A DNA stretch of 64,000 bases from Dipteris shenzhenensis (lineage: Eukaryota): assembly GCA_047967505.1 (NCBI GenBank), contig CM106538.1. The stretch is one strand, 5' to 3'. Position 1 is the first letter of the stretch, and each line of letters begins with the position of its first letter. Below the pieces are notes generated by a model. That model made no database searches and was not told the origin of the DNA. It saw nothing but the letters and a program-made list of their open reading frames with translations. Of this stretch, positions 12,929 to 26,019 are shown one piece after another. The translations under genes were made by a program, and so were the position numbers.

Positions 12929-13155
12929 AAAAACTCAGCAATTGTTGAGAGCCTTAGAGGCCAAAAGACTACATCTATTGACCATAACCATTCAAATTTA
13001 AAAGCTAACAATAATGCATACTAAGAGTCTCGAGTTGAACAAAAGAGTTACAAAAATGTAAAACTCAGCAATTGCTGAGAGCCTTAGAGACCAAAGGGTT
13101 ACATCCAATGAGACAAAAGATCACTGAGAGCCTTAGATGCCAAAAGATTACCTCT
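12929..13155. repeat. Three diverged copies of a ~45-bp motif
   Basis: CTCAGCAATTG.TGAGAGCCTTAGAG.CCAAA near 12929 and 13060, with a partial copy near 13125. Confidence 0.65.
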
Positions 13156-13797
13156 AGCCATTCTTGAGTGTGGTTATGAGCCTCGTTGAGCAAGAGGAAA
13201 TTTGTGCAACTCAGTATACCACCAGCTCAGGTTGTGGCATTAAATTTTTAAGGAGCCACTAGTGGAGATGATGGAAAGCTCAAAGACCATGCACATTGTC
13301 AGGACTCTAACTATGCCCCTCCTAACAAGACGAGAGTATTTTGCTATGAAAATCCTAAGGCCTTCATCGATGTCTAGAGGGGACCCATATAGAACAACAA
13401 TATAGAGGCCCTCTCTGACGTTTGCAAAGTACGTTCGTTGAAGGCTCCCATTGTGCTCTATGTCATGCCACTTTCCTAAAAGTCTTGTGTGAATATAAAT
13501 TTCTTCAGAGATGGCACACTTGATCTCTTGGAGCTTCAGCTACTCTATTTTTTTGTTTTCACCCGTCTTGTTTTTTGTTTAGACTTCAGCCATAGAACCA
13601 CTTTTTCATTCTGAGTGAAACCATTCAAAATGTATAAGAGTAAGTCTTGGATATATATTACTTGGGTCTTTTTTAGGGATTGATCACACCTCTAATATAG
13701 GATAAGTGGTCGCCAGCACGATGGTTGGTTGCACACTAGGATATTAACTACCACCAACGTGGTGGTTTGCTTCTATTGTTACTAGTATTATTATACT

Positions 13798-14665
13798 CGC
13801 ACATTATCTTTGCATATTTTTGCTAGAGTTCCAACATGCTAATAGAGAAGACTATCCACTTCAGCTGAATGATGAGAGGTGGACATATCAGGTCATATGA
13901 AAGAAGAATGAGAAGGTCGGGCTCAATGAACTCTCCTACACACTTCAAGAATGTCATACAATTCATTCGAAGTAGTAATTAGAATGAACAACTCCTACAC
14001 ACTTTAAGAATGAACAACTCTTGCACACTTTAAGAATGAGACATGAATTTCTTAAGCTTCATATTTTTGCTAGATTTTCAACACGTTGATAGAGAAGACT
14101 CTCCACCTCATTCGAATGATGAGAGGTGGACATGTCAAGTCGTATGAAAAAAGAATGAGAAAGTCGGACTCAATGAACTCTCCTGCACAGTTCAAGAATA
14201 TCATATAATTCATTATAAGTAATAATTAGAATAAACAACTCCTGCACACTTTAAGAATGAGAAGGTCCAGGCTCAATGAACAACTCCTGCACACTTTAAG
14301 AATGCCATACTAAGTATGCAAGCCCGATGACTAGTAATTAATTGCACTCTATTGAGCATGCAAGCCCGGTGATTATGGTAATTAATTACACTCTACTGAT
14401 CATGAAAGCCTGATGGTGGTAATTGGTAGGTGATTAATTATAGGTCCTTGCATAGATTCTTGTGACATCACCCATGTATTTGTGATTCTTTTTGTAACAT
14501 CCATATATGGAAGTCATTGCTTGCACATTATCTTTGCATATCTTTGCTAGAGTTCCAACATGCTGATAGAGAAGACTACCCACCTTAGTCGAATGATGAT
14601 TGGTGGACATGTCAGACCGTACGAAAGAAGAATGAGAAGGCCAAGGCTCTCAATGAACTCTCTCC
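13798..14665. repeat. Three dispersed copies of a ~135-bp unit with internal AACTCCTGCACACTTTAAGAATG subrepeats
   Basis: CATAT.TTTGCTAGA.TT.CAACA..TGATAGAGAAGACT..GAATGATGA..GGTGGACAT..GAATGAGAA recurs at about 13813, 14060 and 14536. Confidence 0.7.
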
Positions 14666-15499
14666 CTATTTAAGTGCATGCACAACTAAGAGCCCATTCC
14701 AAAATCTAGCCCTGAAACTCTATACACTGATCCACCTACTCCAAATCTATGGCATACCCAAAAGAATTTGGAATGCTCATGTTCTATCTAAGAACACTGT
14801 TGGATGAACTCCTCGCAGAACCAGACTCGGAGAAGAGGGAGGATAATAGCTAAAAGGACATGCTTTGCAATTGGATGTATGACTTGGAGTTGGCAAAGAT
14901 AGTGAATATTAATTTCCCTGGCTATTTTTTTCCTGCTCCTTTAAGGTACTTGTCAAGCTCATGATGTAGGTGTCTTTTGGCAGGACATGATGGTGGTGCA
15001 AGGTTGTATAGAGAGCCAATACCAAGATGAAGAGGACACCGAGCAAAAGGAGGAGTTACTATGGGCATACAAGTCAATAAAGGCAAGCAAGAAGTTGGTG
15101 GTCCGAGTTTCTAATGAGGTCTGTGAAAGTGCATCACACTGGCCTAAAGAGTTGGGAGATGCTTGCTATGGAGAGATTCATAAGATAGTCGGAGTTTAGA
15201 ATTTCCCTAAGCTGCAAAATGTCATCGTATTTTTGAAAAAGTAAGAATCTTCTAGGAATTACTTAGACTTGTGGACTTTCTAGGACGACCATCATCCATG
15301 ATCTATGGTGCTCGTAATACCTAATTTTGTGTCGACCTACTTCCATGTTAATACTTAAATGTCTTAAGTAGCCTGGTGGTTGAAATCTGATAATTAAAGA
15401 TTACTAGCCTCGGATTTTTTTAGTACATTTTTTATATTTTAAAACTCTTATGGACGTCCAAAATGCCAAAAACCCATTTTTAATAACCGGTCAATGGAC

Positions 15500-16978
15500 T
15501 CTCATCAGTTGCGTCTTCTCCCTCATCCTCGTCACGTGCGTCTGATCCTTGGCCCTGTTGATCGCTCGCCTCCGATGATGGGACGCTTGAGCTTTGACCC
15601 TGAGAGTGAACCATATAAATCAAAAATTAGATTGAAACTTAAATTAAAAAGTGAGCTTACAAGTAGGAGTAAAATTATACCGTGTGAGCAGCCACCTCAG
15701 CCCAATCGACCGTTGCTCCCATTGCCTCTTGCTCAATAAACCACAGCTTTGTTCCTATCTGAAATGCGTGTCGCGTCTCTGCATTTGTAGGAAGACGACC
15801 CATCGTAGCTTGCTATGGATCCAATTTATGAGAGTTAGAGTTAGCTAAAGTGCATGTAATATGTAGTAAAACAAATAGAACAATACATTAAATGAGAAGA
15901 AGTAGACTTACCATGGTTGCCTCGAACGCATACCGTCCGCCTGCACCAAAGTGCGAAGTACCTACGACATCCAGCCATCTCTTCGCACCCCTCCTCTGAC
16001 CCTCGAACAATTCGGGATGGTCCCTATTTTGCTTCTTGAAGTACTTCCAAATAGCTTTGTCTGCCCAACTGGGTTTAGCCAACCCCTTTGTGATGGAAGT
16101 ACGCAAGGTTGATCTACGATGCTTCAAGACCAAACCCATGTGCTCTCACATATAATCCTCATTAAACTCCACATTTGGCGGGTTAGGGTATATTTGTTTT
16201 AACTCATCGATGACCGCCTGCTTCTTTTGGCCATCTTGATACCGCAAATCGGTAGCAATGCCGCTCTTGAAGTGATGACTCATCAACCTCCTCATGGTGG
16301 CCATCAGCTGTGATTTGATAGGAGAGATCCCCTGATGAGTAAGGAGGACTAACGGTAGCAGAGTCAGAAGGAGTGAAAGCTGCACGAGCGCTTCCAGAGC
16401 GAGGAGTAGCAGTGGGAGTAGGAGAGGGAAAGGGACCTGACTGATACTGTGTCTCTGGACCAAGTGGAGACCTATAGGAACATGAGTGTACTGACTCGTA
16501 TACATCTCCCGAGTCAGCACAACATGAGCTGCCCTTCCTACTCTTCCTTCCCTTATGAGAGGCATGCGTAGGTGATGACCCCGCGGTCGAAGGGGCACGA
16601 GGGGATGGTTGGGCAGTACGTGCACTCGTCAGTGTAGGGGAGGGAATTGCTGAGGTACTCTGAGATAGCAGAGAAAAGAATCTCGCTACCTCCTCATCGC
16701 TCATCTACGCTACAAACTCATTGGGACTCCCGACAAAGTCATGCGCAGCTAGCAAAGGAGTTCCCTAAGGGGTAGTCGCAGTGCTACGTGGAAGAGGAGT
16801 CGGGGACCAGGGGTAGTCATAGTGCTAGGTCCGAGAGGAGTCAGACCTGGGGTAGGGACCTGGGGTAGTCCTCGGGGTAGTCGCCTGAGAGGAATCAAAG
16901 TCCTCTGGAGCATAAAGATCATGAGCTCTTCTCTTGTGAGGCTGTCTGTACTCATCGGATGAGCGACGTGATCCCATG
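15500..16978 (-). pseudogene. TNPA/Ptta-like ORF2 of CACTA family B (spliced, frameshifted)
   Basis: Starts MGSRRSSDEYRQPHKRRAHDLYAPEDFDSSQAT, has a Pro/Ser/Thr-rich region, then LKQIYPNPPNVEFNEDY and WKYFKK..HFGAGGRYAF, which resembles the H-G-x-GG motif of En/Spm ORF2 proteins. A splice donor lies at 15911. Confidence 0.6.
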
Positions 16979-17225
16979 CTCGGGGGGGTCACTCATCATA
17001 TGTAACCCTATCATGTGAGTTCAAAAGAAGGATATTTTTTATTCCTAAAATTTACAGAAATAAATATACATAAGGGACTATTTAAAATAGTTTTGGAAAA
17101 AATTTACAGATTTGTATAGAAAAGGGATACATTTTATTAATGAAAAAATTTACAGATAAGGGATTTTAAATATAGGCCTTGAACGCACGTGATATAGAGG
17201 GTTTATACATAGTGACCCCCCCGAG
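16979..17225. mobile_element. MITE copy 1 (247 bp), TSD ATCCCATG
   Basis: TIR CTCGGGGGGGTCACT..AGTGACCCCCCCGAG; identical 8-mers at 16971-16978 and 17226-17233; AT-rich interior. Confidence 0.95.
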
Positions 17226-17289
17226 ATCCCATGTCTAACATAGACACAAACACGAAAACAAAAAATAAAAAAACAAACAAAAGCATAGG

Positions 17290-19500
17290 CATAGGCATAG
17301 GCATAGGCAAAGAGGGAAAGAAGAGGAAGAAGAGGAAGAGGAAGAGGAAGAAGAGCAAGAGGAATCTGAAGAAGGGGGAGAGAAGAGGGAAAAGAGAAGG
17401 GGGAGGAGAAGAGGAAGAAGAGGGAAAGGAAAGAGGGAAAAGAGAAGGGAAAGGAGAAGAGGAAGAAGAGGGAAAGGAAAGAGGGAAAGAAGAGGATTTT
17501 AGAGGGAAAAGAGAAGGGGGAAAAGAGAAGGGGGAGGAGAAAAGGAAGAAGAGGGAAAGGAAAGAGGGAAAGAAGAGGAGAGAAGAGGGAAAGGAAGAGG
17601 AAGAAGAGGAAGAAGAGGGAGAGAAGAGGAAGAAGAGAGAAGGGGAAAAGAGAGAAGGGGGAAAGAGAGAATAAGAGAAGGGGGAAAAAAGAGACATATG
17701 CTCATGCTTATGCATGAGCATATGTCTACTCCGCTTATGCTCATGCATAAGCATAAGCATGAGCATATGTCTCATTTTCTTATGCTCATGCTTATGCCGC
17801 ATAAGCTCATGCTCATGCATAAGTATAAGCTCATGCTTATGCTTATGCATGAGCTTATGCGGAAATAGAGAATAAGAGTTAGAGGAAATAGAGAAGGGGG
17901 AAAGAGAGAAGCATAAGCATGAGCATAAGCTCATGCTCATGCATAAGCATAAGCATGAGCTTATGCGGAAATAGAGAATAAGAGTTAGAGGAAATAGAGA
18001 AGGGGGAAAGAGAGAAGCATAAGCATGGGCATAAGCATAAGCTCATGCTTATGCTTATGCATGAGCTTATGCGGAAATAGAGAATAAGAGTTAGAGGAAA
18101 TAGAGAAGGGGGAAAGAGAGAAGCATAAGCATGAGCATAAGCTCATGCTCATGCATAAGCATAAGCATAATCTCATGCTTATGCTTATGCATGAGCTTAT
18201 GCGGAAATAGAGAATAAGACTTTGAGGAAATAGAGAAGGGGGAAAGAGAGAAGCATAAGCATGAGCATACGCTCATGCTCATGCATAAGCATAAGCTCAT
18301 GCTTATGCTTATGCATGAGCTTATGCGGAAATAGAGAATAAGAGTTCGAGGAAATAGAGAAGGGGGAAAGAGAGAAGCATAAGCATGAGCATAAGCATAA
18401 GCTCATGCTTATGCTTATGCATGAGCTTATGCAGAAATAGAGAATAAGAGTTAGAGGAAATAGAGAAGGGGGAAAGAGAGAAGCATAAGCATGAGCATAA
18501 GCATAAGCTCATGCTTATGCTTATGCATGAGCTTATGCGGAAATAGAGAATAAGAGTTAGAGGAAATAGAGAAGGGGGAAAGAGAGAAGCATAAGCATGA
18601 GCATAAGCTCATGCTCATGCATAAGCATAAGCATAAGCTCATGCTTATGCTTATGCATGAGCTTATGCGGAAATAGAGAATAAGAGTTAGAGGAAATAGA
18701 GAAGGGGGAAAGAGAGAAGCATAAGCATGAGCATAAGCTCATGCTCATGCATAAGCATAAGCATGAGCTTAGCTTATGCTTAAGCATAAGCTCATGCTTA
18801 TGCTTATGCATGAGCTTATGCGGAGATAGAGAATAAGAGTTAGAGGAAATAGAGAAGGGCGAAAGAGAGAAGCATAAGCATAAGCTCATGCTTATGCTTA
18901 TGCATGAGCTTATGCGGAAATAGAGAATAAGAGTTAGAGGAAATAGAGAAGGGGGAAAGAGAGAAGCATAAGCATGAGCATAAGCTCATGCTCATGCATA
19001 AGCATAAGCATGAGCTTAGCTTATGCTTAAGCATAAGCTCATGCTTATGCTTATGCATGAGCTTATGCGGAGATAGAGAATAAGAGTTAGAGGAAATAGA
19101 GAAGGGCGAAAGAGAGAAGCATAAGCATGAGCATAAGCATAAGCTCATGCTTATGCTTATGCATGAGCTTATGCAGAAATAGAGAATAAGAGTTAGAGGA
19201 AATAGAGAAGGGGGAAAGAGAGAAGCATAAGCGCATGCTCATGCATAAGCAGAAGCATAAGCTCATGCTTATGCTTATGCATGAGCTTATGCAGAAATAG
19301 AGAATAAGAGCTAGAGGAAATAGAGAAGGGGGAAAGAGAGAAGCATAAGCATGAGCATAAGCATAAGCTCATGCTTATGCTTATGCATGAGCTTATGCAG
19401 AAATAGAGAATAAGAGTTAGAGGAAATAGAAGGATAAGAGAAGGGGGAAAAAAGAGAATAAGAGAAGGGGGAAGAAGGAAAGAGTTTGAGGGGAAGAGAG
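17290..19500. repeat. Purine-rich low-complexity tract plus a composite tandem array (14 purine units separated by hexamer palindromes) inside the ORF2 leader intron
   Basis: GGAAATAGAGAATAAGAGTTAGAGGAAATAGAGAAGGGGGAAAGAGAGAA alternates with blocks built from GCATAA/GCATGA/GCTTAT/GCTCAT. Confidence 0.95.
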
Positions 19501-20177
19501 GGTTCCTACGCCCATCACTGCAGCTAGCGCTTAAGGCGCTAGCTGCAGGCCAATGCAAATAACAAAAATAATAAATGGAAAAAAGAGGAAGCACTTACCT
19601 GAAATAGTACGTCCCGCTCGGTGTTGTGGATTGGCCCTACAAAAGAGAGAAAACAACCCATTTTTTCAAATAAGATGTTAGAGGAAGGAGGAGATTACAA
19701 AAGCAACTTCTTGAAAGGAGGAGATTGAGGAGACAAGGAAAGGAGGAGATTGAGGAGACAAGGAGAAAGAGAAGGAAGAGAAATACAGAAAAAAGAGGTG
19801 AGTCTTCTTTCTTTCTTGAAATCTCGTTTTTTGTTTCAATCCTTTGAAAACAAGCATGAAAACTAGTTTACAGGTTTAGCAATACAAGGAGAAGCACTCA
19901 CAAAACTAAAGCTAACAAACAAACAACCTACATTGTTGAAACAAACTCACCTCTTGAAGAACTTCCTTTCAAGAAACTAAAGAGGAAAAAGAGTGGAGAG
20001 GGAGTACAAGAGCTAGGAGAAGGGTGAGGAGTGGAAAATAGAGTGGCAGGTTGCTTGAAATAGGTGGGAGGACATCATCGAAAATAGGTGGGAGGAGATA
20101 TTGGCTTGCTTACTTGAGAGATTAGAGAATAGGATAAATAAAACGCCGCGCGACGAGAGTTTCGGGTTTTAACCCAC

Positions 20178-20290
20178 AGCGTCGCTATATATAGCGACGC
20201 TTATCTGTCGCTATATAGCAGCGTTTTTAATTAAAAACGTTGCTATATAGCGATGAAACAGAGCAAAAAAATCGCTATATAGCGACGCTT
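20178..20290. promoter_or_regulatory. Internal cluster of GTCGCTATATAGCGAC palindromes between the divergent genes
   Basis: A perfect 24-bp palindrome AGCGTCGCTATATATAGCGACGCT at 20178-20201 plus further copies; same motif as the subterminal repeats at 24580-24700. Confidence 0.6.
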
Positions 20291-20391
20291 ACAGTCACTT
20301 TTTGTTGTAGCATGACAAAAAGCTCATAGATGCTATTTTATAACTGTTAATATCTCTTCTTCATGCTTATGTTGTGATTTTATAAGTGTAG

Positions 20392-23300
20392 ATGGAAGGG
20401 ACGAGTGGAAGCTCGTCCGATGATGCACCAACGCCCGAGAGCATGAAGTGGCTTGCAGAGAGGTTATACTGTCATTGCACTCATTGCAAGCGAGAAGTAC
20501 GACATCAACGTCGTATTATCATGCACCACTTGTGGATGTATGGGGAGGAGCCGGAACCAGTACCCACCATTGGTGTTGCACCTGTTGATGGACCATCGGT
20601 AAGTCAAAGCTATTTAAGTTCGTAGTCTTATTGTATACCAAGAAATAGAAGATCTTATATTTACACGAAATCTTAAAACAGGATGAGAAGGGTGACGAGG
20701 GTACGCATATACCTTCTCACTTTCAGCAAGACTATAGTCTCCCGGAGGATGACGAGGGTATGGTCGACATGATGGATTCCATTTTTAGGGGCACTACATC
20801 CCACGTACACATGATGTCAGAGTCTGAGGTCAAAAAGTGAGAGTTGCAATCAACACAATTGTATGAGGGTGCTAGTATGGGTGGTCGGATACAAGTGTCT
20901 CGGCCTTAATGAGGTTAGCTCTTGCATTAATTTGACTCATTATTTGGATATTGTTTGTTTTGAGAATCATCACTTGGATAGTGTCTTTGTCATAGGTTGC
21001 TCTAGAAGATGTTGCCTGCACCAAATACCATGCCCGCATCAAGAGATGAAGCGAAAAAGATGCTAACAACGGTGGGTATGGATTGTGATACCATCCATGC
21101 TTGCCGTAATGATTGTATTCTCTTTCGTCGTGAGCATGGAGATTTGGCTAGTTGTCCAAAGTGTGGGGAACAATGATATAGAGATGACTTGTAGGGTGAG
21201 CAGATACCAGTAAAGGTCTTGAGACACTTTCCTATCATTGCAAGAATACAACACATGTTCCGATGCAAATCCATAGTAGAGTTGATGACATGGCATGCAT
21301 CTCATCGGTCCACTAATGACACATTGAGGATTCCCGCAGATTGTGCGGCTTGAAAGCACATAGATAATCAGTGGCCGGACTTTACGAGGGAGCCACGCAA
21401 CTTACATCTTGGGCTAGCCATGGATGGCGTGAATCCTTTCGGGTTACGCTCGACATCTTGGTCGACATGGCCCATAGTCATGGTGAATTACAATATCCCA
21501 CCATGGCTAACAATAAAAAAGGGACACCTCATGCTTGCACTACTTGTGCCAGGAAAGTACAAGGCAAAAAACATGGACGTGTACATGGCACCTTTGATAG
21601 AGGAGTTACAGATATTATGGAGAGAAGTGCAGGTCTTTGATATTTCCAGAGCTCCTAGACATACCAATGATATTTTGGTCAGGGGTATCTTGATGTGAAC
21701 CATGCATGACTACCTAGGATATGCAGAGTGCGCAGGTACGTGGTTGTGTCTTTACATGTACAATGAGGGATTATGCTTTTTTGACTCTCTTTCACATGCA
21801 TGTCTTGTACTAACACATTCATGCATGCATGCAGGACTTGTTACAAGTGGATACCATGCTTGTCCTATTTGTGGACCGGCTCTGAAATCGCTTGCATGCT
21901 ACTCCAAACATATGAGGAAAAATGTTTATGAAGGTCATGCTCGATACCTTCCGCTCGACCATCTCGCATGTGGAGGTCAGCTTGATCCACCACCATCATA
22001 TTTGAAGGCAAGTGACTGGATTCAAGCTTGGAGGGCGAATGGAGAGGAACCTCCTCTTGGTATGAAGAGGCTATCGATCTTTCACGAGCTTCTTTATTGG
22101 GGTCAGTTACAAATCAATCATCTCTTGGATCCCATGCATATCTTCAAGAATGTGGGGGCTACTATTTGGGCACACTTGGTTGGTTCCAAGGACTCGAGAG
22201 GAGTGCAAGAAGACTTGCGTGCTATGAATAGGATGTCTCGTTTATGGCCCCAAGTGCATGCTTTGGGAAAAGTTGTCCTCCCGAAAGCAACGTGGATCCT
22301 CTCTACGAGGGAGGAGGCAGTGGTCAAGGCAGACATTGCCTCTTTTCAAACACCGACAGGATACATGCGTTGCTTGAAAGGAGCATTTTCAAAGGACAAT
22401 AAGCTTAGTGGGCTCAAGTCCCATGATTGGCACAAGGTCTTACAGGTATTCTAAGTAGAATTAGTGTACTGATAATCATGATGCATTAGCATAATTATTA
22501 TTATGTTATATTGTTGACATGACTTCATTGTTGCTTTGATAGTTCATCCTCCCAATTACAATAAAAGGGTGCTTACAAGAAGATCTTAGAAATGCTATAT
22601 TCAAGATCTGTGGTATTGTGAGGTATGCTTACTATCAAATCGCATTATGTATTTTCTTCAATTTAAGCTGATTAATCTGTAGACTGATTATGAAAATATC
22701 TTACATGGACATGTGAAATAGGTGGATATCTCAAAAAGAGATCTCTATATCGAGCATCGAGAAGGCTAGGGTGGAATCCATCGAAGCCGTATGCTTGCTT
22801 GAGAAGCACTTTCCTTCGAGCATTATGACAACTCAAGTCCACTTGCTTGTGCACATAGTTGATGAGGTGGCTATAGCAGGTACCGTTCATAGTCGATGGA
22901 TATTTTTTCTCGAGCAGTTTATGAAAACTTTAAAGGGATTTGTAAGACAAAGAGCAAGATCGGAAGCAAGCATGGCAGAGGGATGGCTTGTGCAAGAGTC
23001 ATTAGTATATATCACAGAGTTTCTTGCATCCACGGATCCCGATATGCCACAAGCTTGGCACAACAAGGATGATGATCGCATCGTTGGCGAGGTTCCCCAA
23101 GGAAAAGGGATTGAAAGAAAGATGAGCGAAGAGCAAATGGAGAAATTCAATAAGTTTTGTATCCTCAATAGCCCTGAGATGCAGAAGTGGATTGAGAGAT
23201 ATGAAGTGGCCAAAGCAGAAAGAATAAATGCAAGGACGAGATTCAAAGTAATGTACAGGGGATCACAACCATATCCACAGGATCTGGCTCTTCTCCCTAC

Positions 23301-24407
23301 TCACATGTCACTTGATTGGCTACAACTGGCTCTATGTAAAGCCGAACGTGATGGAGAGACAATAAACGAGCGCGAGCGAGAGTTATCATCTGGATGTATG
23401 GTGCATGTAAGTTTCTTACCTCTTGACGTAATTAACTAATTATTTGTGGCAACATATGCTATAAAATAGATGCATCTTCATTGTTTTAATGATGCTCTTT
23501 TATAGTACAAAAAGTACAGTGCATTCTGGTCATATGGATGACATTTTTGCGTGGAACGCATCGATTCAAAGAGAGTCATGTATGATTGTGGAGTCATGGC
23601 TAACTTCACACAAGATAGCCGAGCAAGTGCTTCGGATACCAATCTTCTCTCCTCATAGTTGGATTATTGTGGAACCATACGCGACATCTATGAAATTGAT
23701 TTCAGACGATTTACTATTTTCATTCTTGATGTAAAATGGTTTAGAACTACTTACAACGGTCCCCATGTGACAGTGAGAAAAGATAGTAGCAGTCTCTTTG
23801 CAATAGACTCCACCAAACATTGGACTGATGAAAGTGATACTTTTGTTCTTCCTGAGCACTATGAGTAGGTGCATGCTAATGATTTAATTAGTCAAAGCTT
23901 TCATTTTTAAAGTTCATTGATACATGTACTTGAGCATAATTTCATAGATATAATTGACGACATTTGGCACCCATCTTCAATATAGGTGGTTTTTCATCCG
24001 GACCGTTCTGATCCAAGATGGTGGTACGTGATCCAAGTTGCACCACAAAGTAAAAAAGTTTTGAAGATCGAGATGTGGATATGGAGATGCCACTACCAAT
24101 GCCGAATCCAATTGATGAATCTAGTGAAGAAGATGTAGATCACCATATCAGCCAAGAGGAATATGCGCATAATGACATCGCATAGGAGGAAGATGGAGAT
24201 CACGATATTGAGGAATTAGAAGACAACAATCATCAAGAATCACCACACTTTATTGAAGAAGATGATCAAATACTTTTAGGTGAATGTACGATGCTAGAGT
24301 ACGATGATGATATAGGAGATCAACTCGGTATAGAGTTGGAGATAGACTTGTTTGGCGCCTTAGACTTGGCTCAAGATGAAATAGTTGATGTAAATGCTCT
24401 AAATTGA
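20392..24407 (+). pseudogene. Intron-containing TNP2-type CACTA transposase (family B), with stops and a 49-bp deletion at about 20876
   Basis: Motifs include YCHCTHCK, HACRNDCILF, MDGVNPFG, WPIVMVNYNIPPW, MHDYLGY, GYHACPICG, INHLLDPMHIFKN, GLKSHDWH, QVHLLVHIVDE and LDVKWF. The deletion is seen by comparison with 38820-38880. Confidence 0.92.
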
Positions 24408-25772
24408 TTTTTCTCATCTCAAACTTGGACATGAATATATGAGCTTCAAAGGCTTGATGTACATGCTCTCATTTTTTTATTCTCTATGAGCTCAAACATG
24501 TATGAAAATTTAAAAAATTTGTCATTGGAAAAAACTAACTTTTAAGGCCTATATAAAAAAAAAAACCTCTCAAGAAAAACGTCGCTATAAAATTATATAT
24601 CAGTGTCGCTATATAGCGACACTTAAAAGTCGCTATATAGCGACCTTTATAATAGTCGCTATATAGCGACTTTTAGCAAGAGTCGCTATATAGCGACACT
24701 TTAGGAAACCCGCTTTTCATACCGACGATTAACACTAAGCGAGCGCTAAACATCGGTACGTAAATGTCGCAATAGGATCCGTGTGTAGTAGTGATATAAT
24801 ATTGTTATAGTTAAGATATGATACTTTGTGGCTATTATGTGTAGAATATAAAGATGTTTATTTATGAAATGTGACTTATAATGCAACCTGCTAGGCTAAC
24901 CACTCTTGTTAATTGATAAATTAATCTTGCGAAAATGTGACACCCATGCCGACGCTAAATATGATGAATTTTTTTTAAATGAGTGGAAAGTGTCGGAAAG
25001 TCTATCACTATGGACGTAGCAAAGAAATCATCGGTATGGGTGTCGGTGTCACATTCGGTAAAATATATCCAACAATGTCAGTATGGGCATTGGTGTAAGC
25101 ATCAATATATACCAACACTGTAGTCTGGGTATAAGCATCGGTATATACCAATGTTTTTATGGAAGCTAAATAAAAACTATGTGGGGCAGGATGTTTCAGT
25201 CCCATCGTGCCCCACATAAATTTTTTTCCATTAAAATCACGATGAAATGCGATGATGCGATACAAATGTGAAGCTGTACGTTACAATTTTGCAATGAAAG
25301 TCTACAAAGTAATGTCAACATGGTACAAAATGGCAAATCCACTGGAGTAATACGCTAATGCGCTACAAAATAGCAAAAGTACCGAACTCCAAAATGGCAA
25401 ATCCGCCGAGTCACGCAATCTACTACAAAATGGTAGTAGTGCCAAAATATTGAACCTAGTAAATCTTGTCCTATCCTATTCCTTGTCCTGCTCGTCCTTC
25501 TCACTCTCCTAGCCCTTGGTTTCTAGTCTACGTGCAGCCTCCTCTCCCTCTGTCTCTCTGTGTGTGCCATGCCCGATCCCTTGCCCTCCTCTACTGTGTA
25601 CCAAGCAGTTTGTTCCTTAGATCCTGTTTCTCCATCTGGATCTCCAAATGGGTCGGACATGCCTCCCTAAGAATGAAACAAGTTAGAAAAACTAAGAGCG
25701 TTGATTGTAAGCCAATGGTGATAGTCAAATGATAACGAAGAGGAATAGGGTATACTCACATGATGTACCGCC

Positions 25773-26019
25773 CTCGGAGGGGTCACTCATCATATGTAAC
25801 CCTATCACGTGAGTTCAACAGAAGGATTTTTTTAATTTCTAAAATTTACAGAAATAAATATACATAAGGGACTATTTAAAATAGTTTTGGAAAAAATTTA
25901 CAGATTTGTATAGAAAAGGGGTACATTTTATTAATGAAATTTTTTACAGATAAGGGACTTTAAATATAGGCCTTGAACGCACGTGATATAGAGGGTTTAT
26001 ACATAGTGACCCCCCCGAG
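25773..26019. mobile_element. MITE copy 2, TSD GTACCGCC
   Basis: Same sequence and TIRs as copy 1; 8-mer duplicated at 25765-25772 and 26020-26027. Confidence 0.95.

Larger units (their letters stand above)
15490..24793 (+). mobile_element. CACTA/EnSpm family B, copy 1 (right TIR present, left TIR not found)
   Basis: The right end GTGTGTAGTAGTG (reverse complement CACTACTACACAC) ends at 24793 and is preceded by GTCGCTATATAGCGAC subterminal palindromes (24580-24700). TNP2 is on plus and ORF2 on minus. Confidence 0.88.

Noticed and set aside
17690-19440. CRISPR-like repeat/spacer appearance
   Set aside because: The spacers are not unique sequences but permutations of the same hexamers. There are no cas genes and the context is a eukaryotic TE intron.
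17203-19594. ORFs rich in HKHKHE, MLMLML or K/E/G/R (also 35833-37600)
   Set aside because: They are translations of low-complexity tandem repeats in several frames, with no domain content.
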